Notes: generated by a model not told the origin, from the letters alone. A DNA stretch of 64,000 bases from Vermamoeba vermiformis (GCA_045837725.1 JBEWZL010000030.1:1-64000); one strand, 5' to 3'. Counted from the first letter of the stretch, positions 27,451 through 41,716 are shown. Numbers and translations: made by a program.

Positions 27451-30271
27451 ATGAAGTCTATCATTCTCGGTGTTCTTTTTGTCGCAACCGTCGCCATTGC
27501 GTTTCCCTCACAATTGACTTACAACATCGGCGATGAGTTTGATTACACTTGCTCAGCCTTAGTTGATAGCAGAGGCCAAATGGCCGACGGATCTAGAACT
27601 AGTGGTTCATATTCCACTTTGAATGGTATTGTCGCTGTCCAAGTAAGTCGAAAACAAAAATATAGCGAAATCTAAAATTATTTTCGAATATTATTGCCGC
27701 TTGTCACCATTAATTTCGTTATATTTGTGATTATTCTAACCTATTTTTAATTTAGGTTCAAGATTTTCAGAACGGAGTTTATTTGTTTGTTATGAACATG
27801 TTTGATGTCACCGTTAATGTGGGTCAAGGTCCTGCTTCAGCTAAGCCTGGAACTCCTTTGACCTCAAGAGACGACGAACCATTGGGTTATGTAAGCTCAA
27901 TTACACTATGATTCAATATCAAACAATAGAGGACACGACGGATGTCACCGTTTTTGGATGTGGACTGTAATTTCAAGATGCTGATGTTCTGCTTGATATT
28001 TAGGACATGTACTTTGCTCAAAACGCTACTGGTGAAATCACTGAGATTTGGTACAACGTAAGTGTCGGAGCTCGCGGAATGAATTTTTCCGGATGGCAGC
28101 GTAATAACAATCGATGCTTTAATAGGAGGATGACTCGCCTTACTTCGTCAACGTTAAGATTAGCGCTATCAACGCTTTCCAAACTCGCGTTGTTGCTCCT
28201 GGTGCTAACCTTATGGCTGCTGAGTCCGATCCCGCTGGTTATCACTACTCCAGCTTCGTTGGTGGCAATCAAGTACGTGATTCGCATCTATATAATACAT
28301 GTCATTATACTAATGTATTTACACTAATAGCAAACTACTTTGTTGGTTTCCAAAACCTTCACCGAAAAGGATTTCACTTCCTTCGCTGACCCCAATGTCA
28401 AGCCTGCCAACTTGAAGCTCAACGCTTTGACTTCTACTTCCGTCCACAACGACGGCTACATCATTGGCGCTTCAGTCAACCAACAAGTTGTTATTACCAA
28501 CGCCAATCCTCAAGCCTCATCTGTTGCATCTCGCACTCGTCGCGCCGCTGCCCCCAACACTAACACCACTGGCTTCGACATGAACTTGTCCTCTGCCGGT
28601 CAATTGACTATTGCTTTGAGCCAAAGCGGTCAAAACTTGCGATTTGGCGGTGCTAAGAAGTTCAACATGGCCGCTCTCACCACATCCAACCTCAAGAAGA
28701 GCACTATGGTCGAGCTCGGTGCTAAGGGCGTTGAGTTCAAGAAGAACTTGGCTCCTGCCATCGAAGTTACTTCTTCCGTCTCCAAGCTCCTCGGCAGCCA
28801 ATTGACTCGCTCCAAGAGATACACCTTGGCCAACAAGTTGATCCGCTTCTTCAACGCCAACCCTGCTCAACTCACTCACTTGACTGCTAAGATCAGTGAC
28901 AAGCTTTCTGCCAAGCAAATCCAATCCATCTTCTACGTTCTTGCTGGTGTTTCCAACGTCAACGCTGTCGCTACCGCCCAAGACGCCTTGACTGTTGCTG
29001 GTCTCAACCACCGCTCTGTTGACCGTCAATTGACTGCTATCTTGGCTCTCGGCAGCAGCTTGCAAGACGTCACTCCCGCCGTCATGACTCGCTTGGCTGA
29101 ATTGGCCCGTGCCAACACCAACCGCAGAGTCTCCACTCACGCTTTGTTGGCTGCCAGCGCCATTCTCGGTCGCACCAAGAACGCTGACGTCATCAACATC
29201 GGCAAGGCCCTCTTGTCTGACAAGTTGAACGGTTTCTTGAACCGCGCTTCTGACGCTGCAGATTTGACTGTCATTTTGAACGCTGTTGGTAACGCTGGTC
29301 CCAACGGTATCTCCTTGGAAGCCAACATCCAAAGACTCGCTCCATACGCCAACGACGAGAAGTACAAGGCTTTGTGGATTAGCACTTTCAGAAAGTTCCC
29401 CGCCACTGAAGTTATGGCCAAGATGCCCGCTAACCTCCGTGCCATCATCGACTCCGCTGCTGCTCCTCGTGATGACTTGTACCCCTTCAACAAGAACTTC
29501 AGCCGTGACTACAAGCTCGGTGGTGAGTCCGTCAACGCCGACTTCAGCTTCGACTTGTTCTTGGGTACCAACTTTGACTGCAACCAACAATACTTCAACT
29601 ACTTGGCCTACGCTGACGTTGAAGCTGTTGTCGATGTCTACGACTACTCCAAGTCTGCTTTTGTCGCCAAGGCCACCTACGGCAAGGCCAACGGTGTTCT
29701 CCAAGGCAACGAGATCTACGTTCGCTTCTGGGACGACGTTTTGTATGATCAACAATTGCCCACCGTTGACTGCAACGAGCACACTTACCCTCTCGGCCAC
29801 ACTGCCCCTGGTTTCTCTGTCTCTTACACCGTCTGGGTTTCCATCATCCCCGTCACCTTCACTGCCTCCGCTGCTCTCGAATTGAACTTGTCTTGGGGCT
29901 GGCAGATCTGCGACTCTCAATTGAGCGCTGAAGTTGAACTCATCCCTGATGCCGCTTTGGTCATCTCCGGTGATGCTGACATTGACTTGTTGATCATCAA
30001 GGCTGGTCTTGAATTGGACGTCGATTTGGACCTCGAAGTTAGACCTCAAGGTTACATCCACGGTTCTGAATGCACTATTGGTGTCGATGTCGAATTGACC
30101 TACGAGCCCTCTAGCGCTCAATTTGACGGCTACTACGCTTGGGATCACTGCAAGTACTGGATCTTCGACTGCTCTTGGGGCAAGCACAACCAACAAACCT
30201 TCTGGTCTTGGAACACCCCTGCTTCCAACGAGATTGTCTACAACCAACAATGGAAGATTGCCAAGAACTAA
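27451..30271 (+). CDS. Secreted, strongly codon-biased protein with a large-lipid-transfer-protein (vitellogenin/MTP)-like N-terminal module
   Basis: Signal MKSIILGVLFVATVAIA. Spliced YFAQNATGEITEIWYN|EDDSPYFVNVKISAINAFQ and ESDPAG; helical region with AILALGS and ILNAVGNAG; beta-rich, Cys-containing C-terminus. Confidence 0.65.
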
Positions 30272-30465
30272 GAAGCCTTGTAATTTTGATGTAGAGTTTA
30301 TATCCTTATGAATAAAGCAAAATTTTCGCAAACGTTGTTTCCCGCGCTTAAGTTACCGTTGGCAATTTAAATTTTCCTCCCGCGAAAAAGAAGTTCATTG
30401 CATTCAATTTTTAATAGTTGAACAATCATTTGTGTATATTATGTGTAAGTAAGGCAAGCCACAAC

Positions 30466-33400
30466 ATGAGCAAGGTTGCATCCGATACTAATCCCGTTTC
30501 ATCTCAAGGTAATTCACTTTTCGCTTCCTAATACGCGAAAAAAAGCATTAAATAATTAATTTAATATGATATTAGTTGTCTCAATGACTTGATTTGTACT
30601 TTCATCTCTAACCAATTATTTATTGCAATAAACAGGATCGAAGCAATTGTCAAACGCAGACAAGCTTGCTTTTAATAAGGCATTGCGCGAGGCGAAGGCA
30701 AAAGAGCATGAGAATTCATTCGCAGAGGCTTTGAAGTTTTACCAACAAGCAGATGCGATCTTTTCTGGTCATGACAAATTAAAAAAGAAGATAAAGCATT
30801 TATTGCAAAAAGTATTGACAGAGGTACGTATGAATAATATTTAATAAGTATATAATGTCATTTTCTAATTGTTTAAAAGAAGGAAGAAGATAAAGAAAAT
30901 ACCAGTGTCAATCAAGCCAGCTCGATAAAGACTCCTGCTAAGGTTAAGGAGGAGGTTAAAAAGGAGGTGAAGAAGCCTTCAAAGAGAGTAATCGAAGAAA
31001 GTGACGAAGAAGAGGACGAAAGCGAAGAAGAGTCTCGATCAGTCGATCCTGCAAAAGACACCTACGAGAAGCTTGACGAAGACTACTTCATTAACACCCG
31101 CACTCGAGAATGCGTCATTGATTATCAGCAATCTAAGCGATTCGTCTTACCCGAAAAGGTCTACAAAGAATTGTTACCCCACCAGAAAGAAGGAATTGCC
31201 TGGCTTTGGAAGCTATTCAAAAACCGTAAAGGTACCGGAATAATTCTTCTACTTGCGACCTAAATTAAATAACTAACGACAATTATATTAGGTGGCATTT
31301 TGGGAGACGATATGGGTCTCGGCAAGAGCGTCCAGATCTCGACTTTTCTTGGTGCCTTGTTCAAGCAAAAACAAATCGAGCGATGCCTCGTTATCGCTCC
31401 TACCAGCTTGATCGAAGAGCCCTGGGAGAAAGAACTTAACAAATGGACCTCTGGCGTCAACATCAAGAAGTTCCATGGCACTTCAGTCGTGCAACGCGAG
31501 AAGGCTCTTGATTCTGTCATTAACCGCGGTGGTATTGCTTTAACAACCTACGGTAAGAATATACGACATATTAAATGCCTAAGTAGACATTATTAACTCG
31601 TGCGATCAGGTATGGTTCGAGAGAATGTGGATCAAGTCAATCAAACCACGTGGGATTTGATCGTGCTCGACGAAGCACACGTGATCAAGAAGCACACCAA
31701 CAAGATCTATCAGACCATGCTGCAAGTCAAAGCAACACGCAGAATCTTGTTGACGGCCACTCCCATTATGAACAATTTGACTGTAAGTAGTATTGCTGGA
31801 GGAATTTTTCGTTCGCAAAGTAACAAATTGGTGCAGGAATTGTGGGCTTTGATCAACTTTATTTCTGACGGTCAATTGTTGGGTCACATTACTACGTTCC
31901 ACACAGAGTTTGAACGTCCTATTCTAGCCGTAAGTCACAGTCTTCTTAACGACGCTTAATTTCTAATGACAATATCGCTATAGGGCAACAGTCGTAATGC
32001 CAATGCTACTCAAAAGCAGTTGAGCTCAGCATTGACTCAAAAGTTGCGAAACATTATTCATCCCTATTTCTTGCGTCGTGAGAAGAAGGACGTATTCAAG
32101 ACATCAGATAATCCCGAGCCTGCTCCAGTCGCAGCACCTGTTGCCGAAGAGAACAAAGAATTGGCTCAATCCAGCGAATCCGTCGAGGCTCTAGTGGATC
32201 CGCTCGAAAAATTGACTATTAAGGTCAAGAAGAACGATTACGTCGTATGGGTGAAGTTGAAGCCCGTTCAAGTCAAGCTATATGCAGACTTCTTGGCTGT
32301 ACCTGAGATTCAAGAGGTGAGTAGAAGCGCAGATCAGATCTAACTCAGCGGCTAACTTTCTTTGGTAGATTTTGAACAAGACTCGCAGTCCCTTGGCTGC
32401 GCTTAGCGTATTGAGAAAGATTTGCGATCATCCTCAATTGTTGAGCACGATGGTTGAATACAGCAATGTCTTCAACTTGAAGGACTCGTAAGTTCTTTCG
32501 GATCGATCATATTTTATTTGGTACTAACTGGCTCTTACAGACTCCAAAAAACTACGCTGGTTCAACAATCTGCTAAGCTGGAGTTCGTTGTTTCTTTGAT
32601 GCAGGATCTGAAGAAGAACAACCACCGAGTGTTGATCTTCAGTCAATCGACCAAGATGCTCGACATTATTTCTCAAGTATTCAAACAAGAGGGCCACAAG
32701 TTCATTCGAATTGACGGAGAAATTCCTCTAAAAGAGCGACAACAGCGCATCAATGCTTTCAACACTGATCGCAGCTATTTCTGCTTCCTGTTGTCCACTA
32801 AAGTCGGTGGATTCGGCTTGAACTTGACTTCAGCTGATCGAGTCATCATTTGTAAGTAGAGTTTAATGCCGGTACGCGCAGATCTGACAAGAATTTAAAC
32901 AGTTGATCCTTCTTGGAACACTACCGACAATCAAGCAGTCGATAGAGCCTACAGAATTGGTCAACAAAAGAACGTTGTAGTCTATCGTCTCATCACTTGT
33001 TCCACCATTGAAGAGAAGATCTACCGCAAGCAGATCTTCAAGGATGATTTGATGCGAATGATGACTCAAAAGAAACAGGTACGTAGTATTATATTACTGT
33101 CATTGCCAAGCTTTATTAATGCCGCTATGCACCAGGCTCAACCTCGTCGTTTGTTTAGCGATGAAGAATTGAAGATTGAGCTCAAACAAATGTTCCAATT
33201 TGAAAATCCTGACGCCAGTTTGACGCAACAGATTCTCGAAGAGTATTTGAACAAGTTCAAGAGGTACTCTAATTACTATCCTTGTTTGTGCTGACTTCAA
33301 ATTCTAACCTAATTCACAGACAAAACGAGACTCGTCGTCAATCTCTTGAGACCCACGTAGCTTATCTTCGTTCAAATCCACTCGTTTTCGGTCTCAGTCC

Positions 33401-36400
33401 GCACGATCTGGTTTTGGATGGCGATAAGTTGCGCAACATTTGGGCTCGTCGTGCTTCTCAATTTGGTGCTCAATCGAATATGAGTCCTAGCAACACCAAT
33501 GTTAATGCTCAAAATATGCTTGCTAATCGATCTCGTTCGAACGCGCCTCACAGCCCTTCGGATCCAGACCTCGCTCAAGCATCCGCTCTTGTTATCGAGG
33601 CAGTAAGTCTAATTAATATTCAAAGTGCTTTTAATTCACGGCTAACGCTCTAACAGGCGGACAAGTCGCTGCAAAAGCTTCAAAAGACCATCTTGCCGCT
33701 ACACGTGGTCGAACATCAACGTCTAGAACAACTAGAGATGTCAGCGCAGAAATCAGAAGTCAAGCGCAAGAGATTGCAAAAGATGGAAGAGGACGAAGAT
33801 AGTATGCAACGCTCTCCTACTCGTGTTAAAGGCAAGAACTCGCCTTACATGTCGTATGCATTAATAACATTTTCATCCAATAGCCGTCCCTGCCGTTGTT
33901 CTCAACCGCAAGAGAATTATTGGCGACGAGTCTGACGAAGAAGACCATTACTCTCGCAATCCGTTTATCGCTGACGAGGCCTCAGAGGCCGAAGAAGTGC
34001 CTGACCAAGAGTGCGAGCGAAGCTTCGAGCAGTACTTGAGCGATGGTGAAGCTGAACAAGAGCGCACAGCGATTGATTTGCACTCTGAAGAGGCGAGTGA
34101 AGACAACGAGCCGAATCAGTATGAAAAGGACAGCTTTGTTGCCTCGGAAGATGAAGACGAGTACGATGAGGACGAAGAAGATGCGTATGCTACTGCTCAC
34201 GATGCGGATGAAGATGATTATGATGAAGAAGATGAGGAGATCAATCGTCAGATCCGCAACTCAGTGCCGCTCATGATGGCTCAGGTCGAAGAGGAAGAAG
34301 TTGTTGATTTGACTGGCCCTATTGACGTCAATGATGTCGCTCAAGCCCTTCGTACCATGCGCATTGAAGATGCACCCGAGCATGAAGAAGACGAAGAGGA
34401 TTACGAAGAGTGTGAGGACTACGATCAACAGTACAGCGACGAAGAGTCTGAGCACGAGGACGATGTCATCGTTGATGTAGACTCACCCGTACTCGCTCCA
34501 CGTAATGTAGCTCGTGTCAATGACGAGCAACGTGATGTAGCTACGAATGAAGTGCACGAGACCGTTGAACAAGACGAAGAAGGGGATGAGGCGGCTTACA
34601 ACCAAGAGGATGAAGCTTGTGTGGATCTCAATGCAGAAGACGTCAAAGAGGTCGTTGACATGAATGAAGCGTTTATGGAAAGTGACCATGAAGACCACGA
34701 CAACGATTTTGCTAATGAAGAAGATCAGCAAGAAGATGAGGCTCGCGAATCTGACGAGGAGAGCGAGGACCATCACGATCATGACGCAAAGAGTGTTAGT
34801 GAGAAGGTCGTAGAAGAAGTAGCAGAACAAGTGGCTGAAAAGAAGCCTGTGCCCATTAAAACTGTCGAAGAGCCAGCTGATGACGACTTTGGCATTGATG
34901 ACTTCTCACTCGTTGATGATCTTCATTTGACTGAAGCCGCTCGCAAGTCCTTGCCTCAATCTGCGGAACGTGTTGCTACTGCTGCTGTTGTTGCTGCTGA
35001 AGTCGAGCAGGAAAAGCCCAAGACTCGCGAGGTTGATTTGCCAATCGAAGATGCTGTTGCCGAGACCGAGGAAACTGAAGCTGAGAACGTCGTCGAAGAG
35101 CACAGCGAAGAACAATCGCCAGTTGAAGAGGTGACTAAAGAGGCCCAAGCACCCGAAGAAGAGGACTCTGAAGTGGATTCTGAACAGGATTCCGAGAAGT
35201 CTCCAGAGCGCAGCTTTGCTCCTCGCAAGTCTGTGTTTGGTGACGCTGATCTTGGCAACTTCTTGTTGAGTCAAGTGATCTCCGCACCACGCGACGATGT
35301 CAACGAAGACAGCGAGAGTGAAGAAGAGGACGAGGCTAGTGTCGATGAGACGTTTGAAGACGTGCCTGTCTACGACTATCGCCGTAATGTATTGAGCGGT
35401 GATGAGGACGCTGATGTAGTGAGCGATGAAGAAGTTGAAGAAGACGAAGCTGAACTGGAAGATGAGAACCAATCAGATGATGACGAAGACATGAAACGTG
35501 AAGAGGAGATTAAGGCTCTGTTAGAGCGCATCGATATCAACGCTGCTGCAGTGCAAATAGACGAAGAGAAAGTTGACAATAGCCGAACCGATCGATGACG
35601 AAGACAACGGCAGCGAGGGAGAACAGATCCACGATGACGAACAAGGTCACGAAGAGGAGCACGTCAGCAACGAGCACGAAGATGTTGTTGAAGAAGAACA
35701 AGACGCTGACCTCGACAACACCGTTCAAGATGAACATCACACTGAAGATGAGTGCGATGATGCATGCGATGGTCACGAGGATGAAATTGCTCGTGAGGCT
35801 GAGGCAGACGTTGAGAGTGAGGATGAAGTTGCGCCGAAGAAGGCAACCAACAAGCGACGAGTCATTGATGATTCTGAAAGCGACGCTGGTAACTTCAGTT
35901 TTGAAGGGTACATCACCGGCGAAGAGGAAGATCCGGAGTTGTCCGAAGAATCTCCAGTCAAGCCTGTTGTAAAGAAGAACAAAGACAAGGTCAAGACCTA
36001 CAAAAAAGAAAAGAAGGAGAAGAAGGTTGCTGCAATTGAGATTTCCGACGACGAAGAAGAGCAGATCTGGGATCAGACCCCGAAAATTAAGAAATTAGTG
36101 CGAAAGACCTCTGTCGAAGACTGTAAGCATTCAAAACAATATTATAAACGTTTATATTAACATTGGCTTGTATAGTAAAGGAACCCAAGTCCGCCCAAAA
36201 AGTCGTCCCAAAGAGTTCAACTAAACTTTGGGAGACTAACCGCCGCGAGTTCTTAATGAACAAGGAGGTCATTGCCAAACAATTGTTCGATGAGTTTAAT
36301 ACTCGAATCTTTGGTGGCAAGATGGACAAGCTGGATCTTGTTTGGAGCAAGGCTTTGACTAACTGCGCCGGCAAATACTGCGTGACTATCGAGGTACAAA

Positions 36401-36920
36401 TGTCGTTAATACTTTACAATTTATTCTAACTTTATAATAGAACAAACAAAAGTACTGCTGTATCAAGTTGTCCGGCAAGTTTTTGACCACAGCGGATCGT
36501 TTGAAGTCAACTTTGATTCACGAGATGTGCCACGCTGCTACCCATCTTATTGATGATGAAATCGATGAGGCTCATGGCCCTGTTTGGTTCAAGTGGACTA
36601 AGATCGCAGGTACGTTGAAAAAAATTGGATGTGTTGAACAGATCCGGATCTGACCAACCTTTAATTCATAGAAGCCACATATCCTGGTATTAAGATTACT
36701 CGTTGCCATTCATATGACATCGAGCCAGAGTTCCAACAAAAGAACCAATACGTTTGCACGAACGGCAGCTGCGACAAAGTGTAAGGAACAACCATTCTGA
36801 TTTCTTGCGATTACTTTTACTAATTGCATCGTCATTAGTTTCGGATCAATGTACAAGTTGAAGAAAGCTGAAAAAGTTTGTTCGAAGTGCCGCAGAGGCG
36901 CTTTAGAGCTCTTGCCTTAA
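30466..36920 (+). CDS. ERCC6L: PICH/ERCC6L-like SNF2 translocase fused via a long acidic IDR to a GCNA-type SprT metalloprotease and C4 zinc ribbon (one +1 frameshift near 35570)
   Basis: N-terminal TPR-like helices; [59 protein letters not shown]-terminal [39 protein letters not shown]...CSKC. Confidence 0.85.
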
Positions 36921-37143
36921 GTTGGGATGCGTTTTTGCTTTGCGTGTATTTGTAATATTACTTGTAAATAAATTTAGTTACAGAACTCATGATGGTCTAG
37001 ATACCTCGCCTTCCAAACGACCTCCTTTCTGGGCCTTTTTAGCTCAGCAATATCCGGTGTGGTGTAGAAGATGGAGATTTTTTTTTGCCTGGGGCCCAAT
37101 GGTGAAAAAAAATTTGGGGGGGTTTTTTTGACACAGTCGATTT

Positions 37144-38067
37144 TTATTTCGTTTGTTTTTCTTTTTCTTTTTCTTCTTGCTGTTTCTTCATAATCAGTTC
37201 AGCTGTCTTGCCGATTGGAGTGTTATTATACAACGATTTCCACGCTTCTTCTAAGTCTTTAATTTCTTTTTCTGTTACGACCAGATCTTTCGTCGCTTTT
37301 TGTTGTTCTGGTTCTGGTTGCTTGGGAAGCTTGCCTTTCATCCAATCGCCAAATTCTCTTAACTACATACAATAGTATTATTAGTACCTGACTAAATAAC
37401 ACGATAGATCGATTCGTCGTGCGTAGCGAGAGATCTGGATCCTTACATTCTTGACGCCAAGAGCTTTCGAAGTTCCATAGGCAGTTACAGCCGCTACACT
37501 CGTGCATAATACACTGCCGTAGAATAATGCTTTGATTGCGTATTTGGCGGCGCTGCCAGGGATCGGCGTTCGTTTTTCCGGATCTGGATGCATGTTTTTG
37601 ATCATACCAAAAGCTACGCCAATTATAAATGATACTCCCATGCCTCCTGCAAACCACCATCCAAATTCTATGTGAAAGATGTCAGAATTATACGGAGAAT
37701 ACTTCCACCAAAGAATCCACGAATTTTGTTGACGCTTTGCCGGCTAAAATTATAAAATAATCTGTAAAATACACGAAAATATGTTTTGATCGCCTCGACT
37801 CATTTGTAATTAATTTTAAAAATTATTCGGAGGAAGATCTTGTCGTCAACAAGCAATGAACTTACTGTCGGTTACGCTATTAACAATATCATCGCTCATT
37901 TTTTTGCCATGAACCACGACTCCATGTAATTCATCTCTGTCTAGATGCTTTTGTTCGAGTAATGATTTGAAGTCGACTTTTGGTGCATCCGATTCCGTTT
38001 TGGGCTTATTTGCTTGTGTGTTCGGTGATGGTGCAGTTAAGTACGCATATTTATAAATATTATACAT
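37144..38067 (-). CDS. TMEM242/DUF1358-like membrane protein (start uncertain)
   Basis: AAKYAIKALFYGSVLCTSVAAVTAYGTSKALGVKN|LREFGDWMK matches the family pattern; two TM segments. Confidence 0.6.
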
Positions 38068-38214
38068 ATTTGTTATTTCTATTTACAATTAAATTAAAAA
38101 TGGCAAGATCTGCCAACACGGCGGTCCTACCAGAGCCCTTCGAAAGAGGAGAAATTTCTTCTAATTTATAATCTCCATTGAAATAGTGCTTAAACCTTAT
38201 TTATTTATTTTATT

Positions 38215-39918
38215 TTAAAAATTGAGCAAACAAGCAAGGCCAACTGCAAGTACGGTGTAGCCAAGGCGAGAAGCACTCGATTTAGAGGTACTGGACGGCG
38301 CTTTAGTACCGCTTGGAGCAGCTACTGGTGCAGAGATTGGAGAGCTACTGGAGAGACTGACACAGCGGTGCAGGTAAAACCATCCCCTTCGTAACCCTGA
38401 TTGCAGGTGCAGGTTGGACTCACTTGTCCGACGTTCTCTGAGCAGGTAGCGTGTTCGGAGCACGGATTGTATGTTTGGGAGCACTGTGGGAAGTCCATCA
38501 CGTACACACCACCGCTTTTGTCTGCAATGACCCAAAGACTGCCCGGTGCAAATGTGCGAGTGTAAGCTAGTGTAGCCAGGAGTAGTCGCAGCATCGGGTT
38601 GGTACAACACATTCGCCACTGCAGACTTTGTGAGAGTATCGTTGTAGTACGCCCATTCCTGCGATGTAATGTTGTACAGCCACAGGAAGGGGACACCATC
38701 TTGATATGAGTACGAGATCCACAGCGCCAAGATGTTGTTGCCTGCGTACGTCATTGAGCTGTATGCGCCGCAGTCTGGTCGATGCTCTGCTGAGAAGACA
38801 CCAGGAGGCAGAGTGCTCACAGTCGCGGTGCAGCCACTGGTGAGACTCGAGACGTTCTTGTTGCCACTAATGTACTGCCAGCCAGATGAGCGGTTAAACA
38901 TCCACAAGTCATCTACGGTTTCACCTCCGTAGAGCCTAATCAATGAGTGTTACTACTTGGTATTCGAATGGACTGATCGTCAACTTTACCAGAGATTGTA
39001 ATTCGGGTCCACGGCTGTAAGTGGAGCCCAACGTTGAAATGGCGTCACTTCAAACGCATCCGCGAAGGTCGGGTCGCCAGTTACTATCGGCTCTAATAGT
39101 CCTGCTACAAAGGCCCACATCTTTGAGGTAACGTTGTAGCGCCACAGATCGGGATATAGTGGCCCCCCAATATTGTCGTCGTAACTACTAAACAGCCAAA
39201 GCGAGTTATCATCAGGCGTGTACCAATAACCAGAGCCTCGTTTACATCCGGGATAGTTCGCTGAGTTCTCAACGCCTTTTTCGACGGAATTCAACGAGCC
39301 ATCTCCAACGGTTAGCTCCGTCCAAGTCTGGGAGCCAGGCGAGAACTTCCAAAAGTCGCAGTTGTTTAATCCTCCGTAGATGTAGACGTTATCGTCTTTG
39401 TCGATCCACATCACATTGTCGGCGCGTACTGCGGGTCCTGCAGAGTCAAGTGCAGTCCAAGCGAGAGTCCAATTTCGAGCGGTACGATCAAAGTAGCGCA
39501 AAAACGCTGGTATTCCTTTACAACCTAATTTTGACTTCGTCAGGCGAGATCAAAAAAGTTTTGCCGATAAAATTATTGGCAACAAGTTATTATTCATATG
39601 GTAGTAAAATTATTCTACGAAACTGTTGCATTAAATTGTCCAAGCTAATTTACGGTTTAACTTTATTAAATTTGCAAATATTTGGAGCACCGCTCCGCCG
39701 AAGCTTAATTAAATAAACCTAATTGACGGCTTACCTCTTCCGGTAAATTGCCAAGGTCTTCCTTGCGAATCAGTTGCCAGAGAAAGGAGATCATAACCAG
39801 ATGTGATTAAAGGGTCCGAACAGTCTCCAGCTTCATCAGCCGGAAAATAAGCCGTCCATTGCCCCGCTTGTGAGGCGGACAAAACAGCTAATAGCGCCAA
39901 TACAATGAGAGCTTTCAT
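38215..39918 (-). CDS. Secreted kelch-type beta-propeller + EGF-like domain + probable GPI signal (one +1 frameshift near 38570)
   Basis: Signal MKALIVLALLAVLSASQA; kelch-like VYIYGG..DFWKF, LWLF..DLWRYN, LYGG..DDLWMF; EGF CSEHATC...CTCNQGYEGDGFTC; Ser-rich spacer and hydrophobic C-terminus. Confidence 0.8.
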
Positions 39919-40484
39919 GTTGTTGTGCACAAGCTTTGCTAATATTAGAAATGGTTTGCCATGGCAAAAAAAAACGGCAACAACATTTTTAGCTAAAAAC
40001 CGCGCAATAAGAAAAATTAGTTTCATTTACCCCGTCATAAAAGCGATATAATAGGGTTAAATGGTTAAATGAAGAGTCCCTGGACAAAGAAGATTAGATA
40101 ACACGATAATCGTCGGGTCTGAACTCCGGTTTGCCGCACATGTTCTCATCCAGAAAAGCTAAGTACGTACGTTATTAGAATTTGGAAAATAATATATGCG
40201 TGCGTAGATTCTAGTAGTAGTATAGTAAGCTTTATCGTGTTCGACTTAAGCCATCGATCCTGCACAGAAACGCAATTTAGGTGAAGTAATATCCCTGTCT
40301 CTTTCCGTACCACCTGATTGCGAAAAATACGTTAGCACACGAGGCTCAAATATTATTTTCGTTTTTTTTCACTTATTATAATTACACGAACCAGATCTGG
40401 TTACTCTTGTGAGTTCTGTTGTTTTTCTCGAACGCAAGCTCTTAAAAGCTTAGGGTGGGTGAATTATTAGCTAATATCGTGCGA

Positions 40485-41716
40485 ATGGAGGACACACCTA
40501 CGACTGGCATTTTCGTCACGCTTGATCAAGTGCAACGAGTTTTTGATCCGATCTTACGGAAAAAAGTGATTGATCTGGCGGAACAAGGCATTAGTTATAA
40601 CAACAAAGTATATTTTATTAAATGTGATGACAGTACCGAGTTTGTTTTGCGCGTGGGAGGAAAGCATTGGAAGTATTACAAAACGGTAAGTATACTATCT
40701 TTGTGTTTATTAAGCTTAGTGCAATAGTACATTATTTAAATGTACGAGTAAGGAAAATTATAATTATAATTGATTCAGAAATAATTAAATTGCGCTGAAT
40801 AATTATGTGCATCTAATAATTCATTTTAAACAGGAATCTGAAGTAGCTACGCTTCAATTCGTGAAGAAAAATACAACAATACCTGTGCCAACAATTATCC
40901 ATTATAGTTCAAGCGCAGATCCGCTTGGTCATGAATACATTTTGATGGAGAAAATGACAGGCCAAAATTTGTCTACGAAATGGACGCAAGTAAACGAAGA
41001 ACAAAAGAAGCTAATACTTGATCAAATAGCACACATTACTAAAGCAGCTAATGGATCTGTCATTCCCGAGCATTGGAAGTTTGTATTTAGCTGCAGGTCG
41101 TCGTGACACTTTGGCGTGTCAAGTTGACACGTGTCATCCGGACTTTGTCATCGGGATGTCGTCCAGATTCAATCTCGGACCATTTCAATCGTTCACTGAA
41201 TTCATTCAAAGCACGACAGAAGACGCACTGCAGCGAGTTGAAAAAAATCCGACTTCGTACTGTCAATTAGCCACAATTGCACCCTCTGTGCGCGAGTACA
41301 TTTCAAACACCGTGAAATCTCCAGAAAAACGAGATTTGCTGAACAGCGCTCCAATCTCACTCGTGCATGGTGACTACGATTTGCGGAATTTCTTGGTCGA
41401 TGACAACGGAATAATTACATCGCTGTTGGACTGGGAATTTGCAGCGCCTTGTACGATGGAAGAGGAATGGACGGAGAGCTACCAGTTCTTGAAAGAAGAT
41501 GATTCAATTAAACAATATTTCACTGAAAAATTAAAGCAGATCGGCGGAATAGTGCCTTCAGAGATTTCAGGATTCACTGAACGAGCGCGATTGATTTCAT
41601 TACGAGAACGCGTGTGTCCTTGGTGGCTCACGAATTATCACCCGGATCAACGCGAACAAATTGACAAGGATGTCATTGAAGCAGTGAACGATGTACGCAA
41701 GTTAATGATGATGTAA
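40485..41716 (+). CDS. APH/choline-kinase-family phosphotransferase (one +1 frameshift at 41041-41044)
   Basis: SYNNKVY, FVLRV, EVATLQFVKKNTTIPVP, YILMEK, Brenner motif LVHGDYDLRNFLV, LLDWEFA. Confidence 0.88.

Noticed and set aside
28517-30331. 604-aa antisense ORF
   Set aside because: Shadow of the codon-biased sense gene, which avoids TTA, CTA and TCA.
37000-37140. Possible snRNA (GCCTTTTTAG resembling the U5 loop)
   Set aside because: No exact U5 loop, enclosing stem or clear Sm site; the homopolymer-rich text looks like low-quality consensus.
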